Assembly: GCA_002269645.1 (NCBI GenBank)
Contig: NIVC01001249.1
Span: forward strand, 124,001 to 188,000
Reading direction: 5' to 3'
DNA: 64,000 bases
From: Macrostomum lignano
Taxonomy: Eukaryota
Shown: positions 24,169 to 42,220 of the stretch, in pieces
How positions within the stretch are numbered: position 1 is the first letter of the stretch
Layout: each line of letters begins with the position of its first letter
The notes under the pieces: generated by a model
Database searches by the model: none
What the model was told of the DNA's origin: nothing
What the model saw: the letters and a program-made list of their open reading frames with translations, nothing else
Translations under genes and position numbers: made by a program

Positions 24169-25667
24169 GACAGGCAAGAGCAGCCGCAGAGAGCTGGCTA
24201 TTACCTGAACGCACTCCCGCAGTCGCCGGAAAGGCTCGGCAAGGCGGGCCAGCAGCTTGTCAATCAGCTCCTGCAGACAGGCGGACAGGCAGTAGAGCTC
24301 GGCGCAGTAGCGGCGCTCCTGCTCGGCGAGATTTTGAATCACCACAGAGTGGCATTCCACCGCCTGGCTGGTGGCGCGGGAGGCCCGGGACGGCTGCTGA
24401 TTTGATCGATTTGAAGCGATTTCCGCACCTACACTACTGTTAGTAGCGGAGCAGTGGGGGGATTGATTATGACGACTTTTGACGACTTGGAAAGGCATGG
24501 GGGCATTAGTGAAAAAGTAGATGTGTCTCATAGAGATCCTGGCAGGGACGGTAGGGACAGTGGAGAATGCCGGGAAGAGACAGTGAGAATGCCGGGTAGA
24601 GACAGCGAGAATGCCGGGTAGAGACAGTGGAGAATGCCGGGTAGAGACAGTGGAGAATGCCGGGTAGAGACAGTGGAGAATGCCGGGTAGAGACAGTGAG
24701 AATGCCGGGTAAAGACAGTGAGAATGCCGGGTAGAGACAGTGAGAATGCCGGGAAGAGACAGTGGAGAATGCCAGGGAGAGACATTGAGAATGCCGGGTA
24801 GAGACAGTGAGAATGCCAGGGAGAGACATTGAGAATGCCGGGTAGAGACAGTGGAGAATGCCGGGTAGAGACAGTGAGAATGCCGGGTAGAGACAGTGAG
24901 AATGCCAGGTAGAGACAGTGAGAATGCCGGGTAGAGACAGTGAGAATGCCGGGTAGAGACAGTGAGAATGCCGGGTAGAGACAGTGAGAATGCCGGGTAG
25001 AGACAGTGAGAATGCCAGGTAGAGAAGTGAGAATGCCGGGTAGAGATAGTGAGAATGCCAGGTAGAGACAGTGAGAATGCCGGGTAGAGACAGTGAGAAT
25101 GCCGGGTAGAGACAGTGAGAATGCCAGGTAGAGAAGTGAGAATGCCGGGTAGAGATAGTGAGAATGCCAGGTAGAGACAGTGAGAATGCCGGGTAGAGAC
25201 AGTGAGAATGCCAGGTAGAGAAGTGAGAATGCCGGGTGGAGACAGTGAGAATGCCGGATAGAGACAGTGAGAATGCCAGGTAGAGACAGTGAGAATGCCG
25301 GGTAGAGACAGTGAGAATGCCAGGTAGAGACAGTGAGAATTCCGGGTGGAGACACCTACCCTGCCCGATTGTCGCCTCTATCGTCCAGGAGCGGCGGTGG
25401 CGGCTGCGGCGGCTGAGCTGACAGGTGACTGAGGGCGTCCAAACGAGTCACATAGTTAGAGGGAAACCAGCCAGTTCTGCCGCCTGAGCTGCCCTCCCAC
25501 CAGCCGCCGTCCATCATGCAGGTGACAGTGATGATATCGCCGCCTCTGAATGACAATTCGTCAGTGTGTGTGGCGGTGAAATCAAATAAAGCGGAGACTT
25601 GAAGAGGCTGTTGCAGCGGCTGATGTTGCTGTTGCAGCCGTTGGAGCTGGTGATGCTCGGATGTCAT
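16095..25667 (-). CDS. ARHGEF7: beta-PIX/ARHGEF7-like RhoGEF (SH3-DH-PH-GIT-binding); 3' end uncertain
   Basis: Exons 25360-25667, 24205-24436, 23528-23850, 22598-22979, 22010-22479, 19116-19245 and 16402 to ~16095, with consistent phases. SH3 GGWWEG...GWFPSNYV; [15 protein letters not shown]...EGHPDR; [11 protein letters not shown]...NAFQV; GIT-binding-like [15 protein letters not shown]. Confidence 0.85.
16454..19070. repeat. 39-bp intronic satellite with higher-order structure, degenerating after ~18630
   Basis: More than 50 copies of TTAGAACACGAATTTCCCCCTAGGACACAAATCTCATCT; variant blocks recur at a 975-bp offset. Confidence 0.96.
19462..20300. repeat. 21-bp then 20-bp intronic minisatellites
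   Basis: CACCCATCGGGACACGAATCT grading into CACGAGACACGAATATCTCA. Confidence 0.93.
20891..22000. repeat. 19-bp intronic minisatellite
   Basis: About 58 copies of GGGATCAGCCTGAGGATCT. Confidence 0.94.
23013..23462. repeat. 26-bp intronic minisatellite
   Basis: About 17 copies of GGTTAGGATGTCGATGGGAATGTGTC. Confidence 0.94.
23890..24172. repeat. (GACA)n microsatellite, intronic
   Basis: Imperfect GACA run filling the 23851-24204 intron. Confidence 0.96.
24550..25352. repeat. 22-bp intronic minisatellite
   Basis: About 36 copies of GAGAATGCCGGGTAGAGACAGT. Confidence 0.94.
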
Positions 25668-27233
25668 GTCAATTTACCAAGCAATTAGAGCTGGTTAAGT
25701 AGCAAGCTATATGTCAGAACAGGGGCCACCAGTAAAACAACTTGACCACCAAGGATTTTAAGAGGCTGAAAAAATGCAAATAAAAATAAGTTAAACTTAC
25801 TATGACAGGGACTGAGTGGCTTCTATCATTTACATTTATAATTATATTAATTTATTACAAATTACAAAGTTAGACAAATACAACAGTAACTTGCTGAGAT
25901 CTCAAAGATTATAGGGGAATTGTTAGAATGTCAAGGCTTGCTGGGGGAACTGCTGGGATGTCAAGGCTTATAGGGGAGTTGCCAGGGTATTAAGGCTTAC
26001 TAGGGGAACTGCTAAGGTGGCAAGGCTTATTGGGACTATTGCTAACATGTCAAGACTTATTGGGGAACTGCTAAGATGTCAGTACAAGTAGGATTCACAT
26101 GAAAAAATGTGCCTTGCTATTTTGCTTATTGGCCACCCTAAAAGGGGGCACTAGATTACTAGTGACTAGTTAAAAAATTGCCTATATGTATTTTTCTATA
26201 ATTTTTATTTTCTTATTATTTCAATACTTCAATATATTACATATTATTAGGTTATTAGGTACTTATTAGATATTTATTAGGTTTAAAAAATATAATTTTT
26301 CCAGTCATATATAATTTTTTTTGACAAAAATTGAATTGGAAATGTTTTAATGATTAGAAAAAATGCTTTTAATGCTTTAAATTGGCATTCTATTTAAGTT
26401 TTTCAATTTGAATACCCCCATGGGAAGGGAGCTAGTATGCTAGTCTTAGACTAAAAATAAATAGCAACAACCTTTTTTGGTCACATTGGCCAGAAGTTTT
26501 ATTTAAAACAAATTGCAATAACCTTTCTCTATGTATTATTGACTAGAATTAATTATATAAAAGGTAAATATCTTATGTCTGAGTCTAAGTAGACATTGAT
26601 AAAAAAATTAGTTTAAGCAAATTGTAATATTTTTGTTTTATCCTTGATAAATATATTGATTTGTTTGTTTTTTTGTATATTTATTTGCTTTTTTTATTTA
26701 TCTATCTTAGTTAGGTACTTTTTTATTTTACCTTGTTCTTTCTTAGTTCTACCTTGATATATCTTAGTCTAGGCCTACTGTACTTTCATAATTACACTAA
26801 TTATATCTAGCTTTAGGTTACTAAAAAAAAGAAGAATAGCAATGCTAGAAGATTGGTAGCTCTTTCTTAATACCAATAGCCAGTAATAGCTACGGCAGTA
26901 TTAGTTATGCACCTTAAATTCTGCATTGAAATATGCAAAATATATCAATATGGAATTTGACACCATTTTTAATATGTGGAAGCAAAGTTGCACATGTCAC
27001 TTTTTATATTAGACATAAGACATTATGATGGGGGGCAAACGGCAACTTAAACCGAGGGACTCTGTGACATCCGCCAGCTTTTCGTTTTTCGAGGAGGCTC
27101 TTCCCCCTCCTTTTCGTTCTGGCCTGGCGTGGAAGCGGCTAGCTTCCTCGTCTTGGTCTGCTGGTGGGGGACGGATCCCCCCTGCTGCTTTTTTGCGGGG
27201 CAGGTGGCTGCTAAGTAGTTGGCTGCTGGCTAA

Positions 27234-32315
<5,082 letters not shown>

Positions 32316-35300
32316 TCCTTGTGCTCTTTTACCTTGGGGTTGCGATAGGGGCCTCGCGGCCTATTCGCGGCGCCTGCGCCCCCCGTCAGTAGTAAGTAAG
32401 TAAGACATTATGATTTTTATCTTTGATATGACTCTTCTTCATGTTTTACATGATGCTTTTTTAAGTTTTTTTAAGAGCAATTATAGGCTACTCAGTCTAC
32501 TAAGACTATTGCCAATAGGCCAATACCAAGTGTTAAATAGTTATAGGGGGCCTATCCATGATTGTCATCAAAATGGACCAGATTATCCTAGGCCTAGTCT
32601 ATTATTAAAAAACTAAAAACAAAAATAAGCAAAGCCAAAGGCAAATTCCTGATAATAAAGAATCCTATTTAGACTATGATTATCAGATTATTTCAATTAC
32701 TGTTTTGATAGGCCTACCTTGACTGGCTTGAGGTTGAGAATGGAATAAATGGTTGAAAATGAATAGGCCTAATGCTGAGAATACTAGATTAAAAAAACAC
32801 CCAGAACCAGACTAGTATATTGTAGTCCTAGGTGGTAGGCCTAGGCCACTTTTGACTTAAATTTAAGTATAATTAATATTATAATTTAATTACTTTTATT
32901 GATATTATGTCAATTTACATGTTAGGTGTTACCGTGTTAGGCCTTGGATAGGATTTAAAATTATAAGTGAGATCATATTTATACATCATGATTCATGTTC
33001 CTAAAGTAATCCTTATATATGTGTGTGGAAAAAATAGTCTTGACAAGCTAGAGTCCTAGACGGAATTGAGAGAAGTGTCAGGATCGGAAAGGTTGCTGAG
33101 TAACTTGAATGAATGAATGATTCCCACTTTTAAATCGAGTGAATCACCACCTGTCGGAAAAATATATTAAGCTTTAGGTAATTCATAAAAAATAAGTTTA
33201 ATTTTTTACCTTGTTCGAATAAATAGCCACTAGTGTTTTTTTGTATCGTATATAGGTGTAGGCTGTAGGCTACTTGTTCTAACAAGCACAAAAATTAAAT
33301 TTTAAACTTTCTAAGACACCCAGACGGAAGGTTTCCATTGAAGAAGGTCCGCAAGCTTATATTCGTCACCATCCTATATTAATTGAAGTATCACTGTGTT
33401 AACTATGTGTTAACTATTTGTAACTGAGAAGCTTAAAGCTTTCACAATGCGCTTTTTACAATATAAGCTGATCTTAAGTATTACCAGTACCAATCACTGT
33501 AGTAGTGACTAGTGACCGATGTAAATGCCAATGTCCAATGATGCAATGAATGGAATGGCCAATTTGTTAAGGGCTACAGTCTTGTCTATTGACTTGGGTG
33601 CACTTAAAGTGTATGTATAAATATCTAATTGATGATCTAACTTTAAGCTGCCAGTATGCATGTGTAAGCTGCAAGGCAAATTTGAATAAAAAATAGCAAT
33701 ATATATAGGTTTGCAAAGGTATAACTTTCCAAATCCAATAAAAACGCACTAAATAAATAGTAATTAGGAATTAGAAAGAAAAGAAAAATACTCTTTTCAT
33801 ACAGAAAAACGATTTATACATATTTAATGGGTTTTAATTTGGATGATAGCAAACTATGTTATATTTTAATAAAAAAGTTAATAAAAATTCTACCTCATTA
33901 AATTTTAGTTTAGTACTTTTGTCTTCATTTTTAAACTAAAATTAACAAAAAAAATATAAAATAACATCAAAGGTAATTATAAAATATATAATATAGCCAA
34001 CTAAATATATTTTTCTAATCTTTCTTTACTAACATTTTAGTGATTTTTAGCAGGTTTTATTTTGTTGCTTTCCTATTAGAAAACAACTTTTAATGTGTAG
34101 AATTATATATATTAAAGAAGATTAACTAAGTTAAACCAAAAAGTATAAAGATAAATATTCTACTAGTAGATTCCCATTATATATTTTGGCTTTGATTGAC
34201 TTCTATAAAATCTTGTTGGCAGTTGCATAGGTTTTGGCTTTTGATTATATTAGTTATATTTACTTTTTATAATAATAAATAGAAGCAAATTTTACCTATT
34301 GAGCATAGACATTATTTTAGCAATTGAAATATATAATAAAAATATTTGAACAAAGAACAAATTTAAGCAAAAATGATCAAAGTACTTAATGAGCAAATTG
34401 TATTTGGCCTTAAAAAGTTATAAAATTAAAAGTACAAAAGGTGTTTTTTTCTACTTTGTATTATTTGACCAATTTTTATAAGTAAGATGCCTTTCTACCT
34501 ACGTAATTTTTTTTTATTTGAATAAAGAAAGGGAAGACTGAGGGAAGTAGACATTTTAACTTTAAATGTCTGATATCTTATTGGAGCCTTTATATTCATG
34601 CTGCTTATTGCCTATATCCTTATCTAAGTAATTAGAGAAATTCGCTTGCCTTAATAATCACTTTAGAAATTATTTATCTAATCACTAATCAATAATGTCT
34701 TATTTATTTATTGTAAAAAAGAATGGTTGACTGTATTCATCTTAACCATAGCCCCAACTAACCCAATCACACTATTCATATTGCATAATAAATCTCTATT
34801 GCTTTGAGTCTCCAATGCTAGGGACTTAAGAGTTCCCATTATAAAGCTTTAAAACAATAAAAATTTCAATATTAATTCATCTTTATTGCTCTCCCCATGA
34901 AGTCAAAGGCTCTACTGGTCTTTTAAGTTACATTTATTAAGTGGCTTATATTACTAGATATGAAAAATATGTTCTCATAGCCTAACTATATGTATGTGTT
35001 CTGCCTAAAACATCTATCCATATTTTCCTTTAGCCATATCCATAACTATGGTGGAACTGTACCCAAAACTCTGGGATCCTAGCAAACATTTGAATCTTGA
35101 TTTCAACAAATCCCAAAAATGTTGATCCTATTGAACTTATACCATAGACTAGAGTCATAGACAAAACAACTTTCTGATGCTTTTAAGTCTAAAGTTAAAG
35201 CTTATGAAGACAGTTATTTTCCATAGATACAGCAAAGTTACAATGTAAACCTAATCTATCTTTTTGCATGATCACAAGATTATTCATCAGTAAAATATCC

Positions 35301-35394
35301 CACTTTCAGCCTGAGCTCTCTCTATTCATAAATTATTTGGCACACTAAAACTTGGCGAGTCAGTCATAAGCAAATTAAATAGCAATTCTTCACA

Positions 35395-36669
35395 ATGGAA
35401 ACAACAAAGTACGAGGCAAGGACCACTACCACTGTTTCCGAGGGCCCTGGCATTGGCTTTGATCGCAGCTACCTGACTTCTGTTCTTGGCATCCTGAATG
35501 CCATCATTGTGCTCGCCGCCTTCTGCATGGGCGTCTCCTGCTCTGTGCCGACACTATTCTGGAGCTTCACCTCTGCCGCCGCCTATTCCAGCTTTGTTGC
35601 CTGGCAGATTCTCGTTGTCTTCATCATCATCTACCTGTTCTATATGCTGCGCATCCTGCCCAAGATCCCCGGCCCCATCGGACTGGCGGTGAGCAGACAG
35701 AGCTGAGGCGCTAAGACAGACAGGCAGACAGACAGACACTTAGACAGACAGACAGACAGACAGACGGACAGACAGACAGAAACAGGCAGACAGACAGACA
35801 GACACTGAGGCGCTAAGACAGACAGGCAGACAGACAGACGGACAGACAGACAGAAACAGGCAGACAGACAGACAGACACTGAGGCGCTAAGACAGACGGA
35901 CAGACAGACGGACAGACAGACGGACAGACAGACGGACAGACAGACAGAAACAGGCAGACAGACACTGAGGCGCTAAGACAGACAGGCAGACAGGCAGACA
36001 CTAAGACACTGAGACAGACAGACAGACAGAAACAGGCAGACAGGCAGACAGACAGAAAGAAACAGGCAGATAGACAAACATTCAAAAAGACAATAGGACG
36101 TATTGGTACATAGACACTCAGACAGAAAGAAACAGAATAACAGACATGGTCTCAAGTCACAAGTCAAGTCAGTGACCCAGACAAATACTCATTACCTGAA
36201 TTCAATTGAACATTTCCCGCAGATGCTTATTTACCTGCTAATCAACTTTGTTTTTCTGTTCATCAGCATCGTGCTGTGCGCCATCAACATTGAGATATTT
36301 AAGGGCCCCGCGGCCTCCGCTATGGTGAGAGTCTGGAAGCTTTGCTTCAAGCAGTTTAATAGATTTAATAATTGCTCCTAAACTGCGCTATGAGAATTTT
36401 CATTGAAAATGCCAAGGTTCACCCTAAGCTCCAATTTCTAAGCTTTTGTTGCAAAAAATAGTAACAAAACCCGTTTATTACTACTAACCATCCGGCAGGT
36501 ATTCGCCCTAATCGTTATCGGCGGCCATTTCGGCGTCGGCTTCCTGCTATTTCAAAAGTGGCGCGCTTCCGGTCACTACTTTCACAAGGGCGAGTGCGGT
36601 CACACCTTCTCTAGCAGCACCGCTACCGCCACCGCCACGGCCCAGTCTGGGGAACCCGGCCGTTATTAA
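35395..36669 (+). CDS. MARVEL-domain tetraspan membrane protein (plasmolipin/CMTM-like), 188 aa
   Basis: Exons 35395-35688, 36223-36324 and 36499-36669 (all phase 0); GIGFDRSYLTSVLGIL N-terminal motif and four hydrophobic segments. Confidence 0.85.
35694..36070. repeat. (GACA)n-rich compound intronic repeat
   Basis: GACA runs punctuated by CTGAGGCGCTAA. Confidence 0.93.
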
Positions 36670-36829
36670 CTTGGTGTTCTGACTTGGTGTTAGACTGGCT
36701 GTGTATTTTCATCTGGCGTTGTGTCTTTAATAGTTAATTTATTATACCGTCTAGGTATTTTGTTGTCTATGTAGGTGAGTGCAAATTTGATCAGGTGACC
36801 TATAGTACCTTAGGTACTGTGTAAATAAT

Positions 36830-37510
36830 ACCAGATTAGTGACCGGAAGTAGGTAAATGTGACCTGATCAGTGACCAGAAGTAGATAACTGTAGCCTGAT
36901 CAGTGGCCGAAAGTAGATAACAACCTTATCTACTGTAACCGTAACCGGAAGTTGATAACTGTAGCCTGATCAGTGACCGGAAGTATTTGCCTGTGACCTG
37001 ATCAGTGACCGGAAATAGATGACTGTAACCTGATAAGTGACCGGAAGTAGATAACTGTAACCTGATCAGTGACCGGAAGTAAATGACTGTAGCATGATCA
37101 GTGACCGGAAGTAGATAACTGTAGCCTGATCAGTGACCGGAAGTAGATAACTGTAGCCTGATCAGTGACCGGAAGTATTTGCCTGTGACCTGATCAGTGA
37201 CCGGGAAAAGATGACTGTAACCTGATCAGTGACCGGAAGTAGTTGACTGTAGCCTGATCAGTGACCGGAAGTAGATAACTGTAGCCTGATCAGTGACCGG
37301 AAGTAGATAACTGTAGCCTGATCAGTGACCGGAAGTATTTGCCTGTGACCTGATCAGTGACCGGAAGTATTTGCCTGTGACCTGATCAGTGACCGGAAGT
37401 AGTTGACTGTAGCCTGATCAGTGACAGGAAGTAGATAACTGTAACCTGATCAGTGACTGAAGGTAGGTAACTGTGACCGGAAGTAGATGACTAACCTGAT
37501 CAGTGACCGT
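36830..37510. repeat. 32-bp minisatellite containing ACCGGAAGT
   Basis: About 21 copies of CAGTGACCGGAAGTAGATAACTGTAGCCTGAT. Confidence 0.93.
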
Positions 37511-38335
37511 CAGTGACGTACCATTGACCACAATTTTCAAGATTTTAGCCATTCCCTTTTGATACGGTCATATAATTACCAACTATCCATTGCATGTTTT
37601 AATGTTTTCCATGTTGACTATCTCCGTGACTGGCTTCATGAGCAGATAATATATTGAATATTATTTTTACAGGGAACAAATTATTAATCTTTATCTCTAT
37701 ATTTCTAACCGTAGCTGTGGTCCAAAATGTTCTCTATTTATTAGCCTGTGAGTTTCCTGTGCAAATTGATAATTATTTACAAGTCTATACTTTCTGCGCT
37801 CAATCTATTTTTGGCTTTGATTGAATTTACGTTCAAACTACAAAGTACTCGTATATATAAGTTGCAATACTGATTTCTACAACCAAGTCACAGATTTTCT
37901 GCAAAAAGTTTGTGCAATACATATAGTCACATATCTCTAGTACAATAGCGCCTGTCGCAATGCCCAAATCAGTTCTTGTTTTTTATTGCCCTCTGCCAAA
38001 TGCGTTCATTCCGAAAAATATAAAAATATACGTTTATTATTGCAGTCCAAATTTTGTCGTTTTTTACGCTTTCGTCCATCGGTTCGATTTGGTTCATTTG
38101 AAAAATACTTTTGTTATTTTGTCATTTAAATTTTTTGGATATCTTCAGGACAACAGTAAATAGGCTCAATAGACTGAAATTTTGATTTCCCTAGGTTGTA
38201 CTAAACCCAAGGAATGCCAATACATCTTCAGCACAAAACAGCTTCTTAAATTTTAAGACAAACCATAGCGTCATTGCTTACCTGCCTACTGATAGTACAG
38301 TGGCAAGGAATTCGCAATTCGAATCCGATCAGAAG

Positions 38336-38878
38336 CCAACCAGCAGCCAGCCAACCAGCAGCAAGCCAACCAGCAGCCAGTTAATCAGCAGCCAGCCAAC
38401 CAGCAGCCAGCCAACCAGCAGCCACCCAACCAGCAGCCAGCCAATTAGCAGTCAGCCAACTAGCAGCCAGCCAATCAGCAGCCACCCAACCAGCAGCCAG
38501 CCAACCAGCAGTCAGCCAACCAGCAGCCACCCAACCAGCAGCCACCCAACCAGCAGCCAGCCAATCAGCAGCCACCCAACCAGCAGCCGCCCAACCAACA
38601 GTCAGCCAACCAGCAGCCAGCCAACCAGCAGCCAGCCAATTAGCAGTCAGCCAACTAGCAGCCAGCCAATCAGCAGCCACCCAACCAGCAGCCAGCCAAC
38701 CAGCAGTCAGCCAACCAGCAGCCACCCAACCAGCAGCCACCCAACCAGCAGCCAGCCAATCAGCAGCCACCCAACCAGCAGCCGCCCAACCAACAGTCAG
38801 CCAACCAGCAGCCAGCCAACCAGCAGCCCGCCAATCAGCAGCCAGCCAACCAGCAGCCAGCCAATCAGCAGCCAGCCA
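38336..38878 (+). repeat. 15-bp repeat (QPTSS)n abutting the carrier ATG; shorter versions at ~42766-43131, ~46887-47252 and ~51008-51373
   Basis: CAGCCAACCAGCAGC units with CAGCCAATCAGC variants; open in the carrier reading frame. Confidence 0.93.
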
Positions 38879-41111
38879 ATGGGCGGAGGTCGTCGAGCTC
38901 CAGACGCGGTGTCGGCCTACGCCGGCTTCCTCAGTGGCGCTACGGTTCGCGCGCTGCTGCAGCCGCTGGACGTGATCAAGATCAGGTGGCAACTGCAGCT
39001 GGAGTCCATCAGCAGACGGGGTGACGGCGGCACCTACCAGAGCCTGCCGCAGACTGTGGGCCGAATCCTACGGGAGGAAGGCGCTCGAGCACTGTGGAAG
39101 GGTCACGTGCCCTGCCAGGTGGTGTCGGTGCTGTTCAACTCGGTGCAGTTTTACACCTTCGAGCGCAGCGGGCCGCCAGTTCGGGAGCTTCTTGGAGGCG
39201 GCAGCGACTTTGGTGCAGACTTTGTGTGCGGCGGCATCTCTGGGGTAGCGGCGGCGCTGAGCTGCCACCCGTTCGACACCTTGCGGACACGGCTGATTGG
39301 GCAGAGCGAGAAGAACCGCGTGTACTCTGGTCTGGTGCACGCTGTGACCCACATGTGGCGGTCGGAGGGTCCGCGTGTGTTCTTCCAGGTGAGTCACTGA
39401 TTAGTGTGTTTTTCCAGGTGGGTCACTGACTGGTGTGTGTTCTTCCAGGTGGGCCACTGACTGGTGTGTGTGTTCTTCCAGGTGGGTCACTGATTGGCGT
39501 GTGTGTTCTTCCAGGTGGGTCACTGATTGGCGTGTGTGTTCTTCCAGGTGGGCCACTGACTGGTGTGTGTGTTCTTCCAGGTGGGTCACTGATTGGCGTG
39601 TGTGTTCTTCCAGGTGGGTCACTGACTGGTGTGTGTGTTTTTCCAGGTGGGTCACTGATTGCTGTGTTCGGTCACTGAGTCAAAATTTTGTTACATAACT
39701 TCAGGGTACAATTGCATTTTCAAATCACAAATGCCAGTCAGTTTGCCTCATCAATTTCCCCGCTCCATCTGCAGGGCCTGAATTCGAATCTGTGCATGAC
39801 GATGCCGCAGGCGGCTAGCCGGTTCGCCTTCTACAAGCTGCTGTTCGGCCCCCTGGCCGACCGTTCTTCGGCGTCAGCCGCGGCCGCCGGCTCCGGCTTT
39901 CTGTCCGGCGTGCTGTCCAAGGCCCTCGTCTACCCCTTCGACGTCATGAAGAAGCGCCAGCAGGTGCGCGGCTTCGAGGCCGCCCGACGCGCGTTTGGCC
40001 GCGTGCAGGTGAACATGCTGACACCCTTTAGGACTGTCTGACACCCTTTAGGACTGTCTGACACCCTTTAGGACTGTCTGACACTCTTTAGGACTGTCTG
40101 ACACCCTTTGGGACTGTCTGACACCCTTTGGGACTGTCTGACACCCTTTAGGACTGTCTGACACCCTTTAGGACTGTCTGACACCCTTTAGGACTGTCTG
40201 ACACCCTTTGGGACTGTCTGACACCCTTTAGGACTGTCTGACACCCTTTGGGACTGTCTGACACCCTTTAGGACTGTCTGACACCCTTTAGGACTGTCTG
40301 ACACCCTTTGGGACTGTCTGAAACCCTATAAAACTTTCTGACACCCTAGTTAGGACTCTCTGACACCATTTGAACCTGTCTGACACCCCTGGCACTGTCT
40401 GAAACCTCCCTTTTAATGTCAAATGTTTCGTAATAATTTCTGACACTTTTAACACATTAATAATGTCTGACACCTCTAGGACACGTCAACTACCCAGACT
40501 GTCGCCTGACACTCCTAACAGGTACTCCATGACACTTCAGGGCTGTAGCCTAGTGTTTAGAGCGTCGGGCTCACGACTTGAAGGTCGGGGGTTCGATTCC
40601 CGATCGCACTGGAACAGTTTGCGTCTTTGAGCAAGACACTTAACTCTGCATTGCTTCAGTTCACCCAGCTGTAAAATGGGTGCCAGCATAATTGAGGGTG
40701 TGTGGCGACCCCCCAGTCCTTGGACTGAACAGCCGTACGCAGCCTTCAGATGCGCCGCGCAAATAGCTGCGGCTGAGCTGTCGGTTGCACATCTACCCAA
40801 TTAGGGCAGTTGTAATCAACTATTGTATATTATTATATGACGCTTCAGCATATCGTCTCGCATATCTGTTTCCCTCGGACTACCTCCGCCACCAATGCCC
40901 TCTCACGCACCCTACACAGCCCCGCTCCCCGCAGGACTCGGGCAGCAGCCGGACCATCGCAGCCTGCGCCTCCTTCATCTGGCGCAACGAAGGCCTTCGC
41001 GGGTTCTACAAAGGCCTGGGCCCGTCAATGCTGAAGGCTGGCCTGTTCACGTCCACCACTTTCTACTTCTTTGAACTTTACCGCTCGCTAATTCTGTCCG
41101 CTTTGTACTAA
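38879..41111 (+). CDS. SLC25A19: Mitochondrial thiamine-pyrophosphate carrier-like, copy 1 (alpha type), 306 aa
   Basis: Exons 38879-39388, 39775-40008 and 40935-41111. [52 protein letters not shown] and [17 protein letters not shown] match SLC25A19. Confidence 0.88.
39376..39675 (+). repeat. 31-33-bp intron-1 repeat derived from the exon/intron junction (also ~43629-43796, ~47750-47917, 51870-52380)
   Basis: Unit GTGTGTTCTTCCAG|GTGGGTCACTGATTGGC copies the end of exon 1 plus the donor site. Confidence 0.93.
40018..40322. repeat. 20-bp intron-2 minisatellite (also at +4121 and +8242)
   Basis: About 15 copies of CTGACACCCTTTAGGACTGT. Confidence 0.94.
40540..40836 (+). mobile_element. tRNA-derived SINE with CORE-like domain
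   Basis: A-box-like TAGCCTAGTGTTTAG, B-box GGTTCGATTCCC, then CTTTGAGCAAGACACTTAAC...CTTCAGTTCACCCAGCTGTAAAATGGG resembling the MIR/CORE motif; AT-rich tail. Confidence 0.82.
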
Positions 41112-41569
41112 ACGCTAAAAATGCTCATATTGCTACTTCTATTGGCCAGGCTTTCAGTAGTACACGCGCGCATTTTTTGCTATTCTAACAACTGTACGAA
41201 ATGTACTTAAGAATCGCATCAATTCAAAATTTGTGTGCAATTCAATTGTATTCGGATCGTCAACTACAGTATTGATCCTGTTTTGCTTACATATGAATGT
41301 TTTTGCTCTTATTTTCCATTATGTTCTGGATTAATGTTCCGTTTACTCAAGCTTGCTGCAATAAAAGTAGAAATATGTCTGCTTAATGCAGTCTTGGTGC
41401 TTTTGTGTGCCTTGTTTAATTATTATTTTCATTCTTCCTTTCTTTTTGTCTTTACACTTTGAGTTTTTTTCGCTGGCTGCACACGTCTAAAAGCCGTTTA
41501 ACTGTGCACACTTGATTGTGTTATCAAGCCAATATGGTGTGAATGTACTTGTAGGGTAAGAGATTTGCT

Positions 41570-42220
41570 TTTCTAACCCTGAATGTACATACATACATTA
41601 TTGTTTGCAAGCCGTAGAGTAAGAACGTACATTCTGACAATGTACATTGCGGGGTAAGAGATTTGCTTTTCTAACCCTGAATGTACATTCATACTTTATT
41701 GTTTGCAAGCCATAGAGTAAGAACGTACATTCTGACAGTGTACATTGTGGGGTAAGAGATTTAATTTTCTAATCCCGAACGTACATTCTGTCTGTGTCAT
41801 TCATGGGGCAAGAGATTTGCTCCTGTAACCCTGAATGTACATACTTTATTGTTAGCAAGTCATAGAGTAAGAACGTACATTCTGACAATGTACATTGCGG
41901 GGTAAGAGATTTGCTTTTCTAACCCTGAATGTACATTCATACTTTATTGTTTGCAAGCCATAAAATAAGAACGTACATTCTGACAGTGTACATTGTGGGG
42001 TAAGAGATTTAATTTTCTAATCCCGAACGTACATTCTGTCTGTGTCATTCATGGGGCAAGAGATTTGCTCCTGTAACCCTGAATGTACATACTTTATTGT
42101 TAGCAAGTCATAGAGTAAGAACGTACATTCTGTCAGTGGTAAGAGATTTTCTCCTCTGCCCCTGAGCGTACATTGATTTTTTGTTAGCAAGTCACTTGCG
42201 TAAATGTACATTCTGTCAGA
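41570..42220. repeat. Complex intergenic repeat with a ~247-bp higher-order duplication (also at +4121 and +8242)
   Basis: Sub-units containing GTAAGAGATTT, CTAACCCTGAATGTACAT and ACGTACATTCTG. Confidence 0.85.

Noticed and set aside
23473-25355. Long ORFs 23473-24531 and 24528-25355 as single-exon genes
   Set aside because: They run through (TGTC)n and 22-bp intronic repeats; only the DH-domain parts are real exons.
40540-40836. Functional tRNA or Sm-alpha-like hammerhead
   Set aside because: No closed cloverleaf or acceptor stem, and no CTGANGA/GAAA core; best read as a SINE head.
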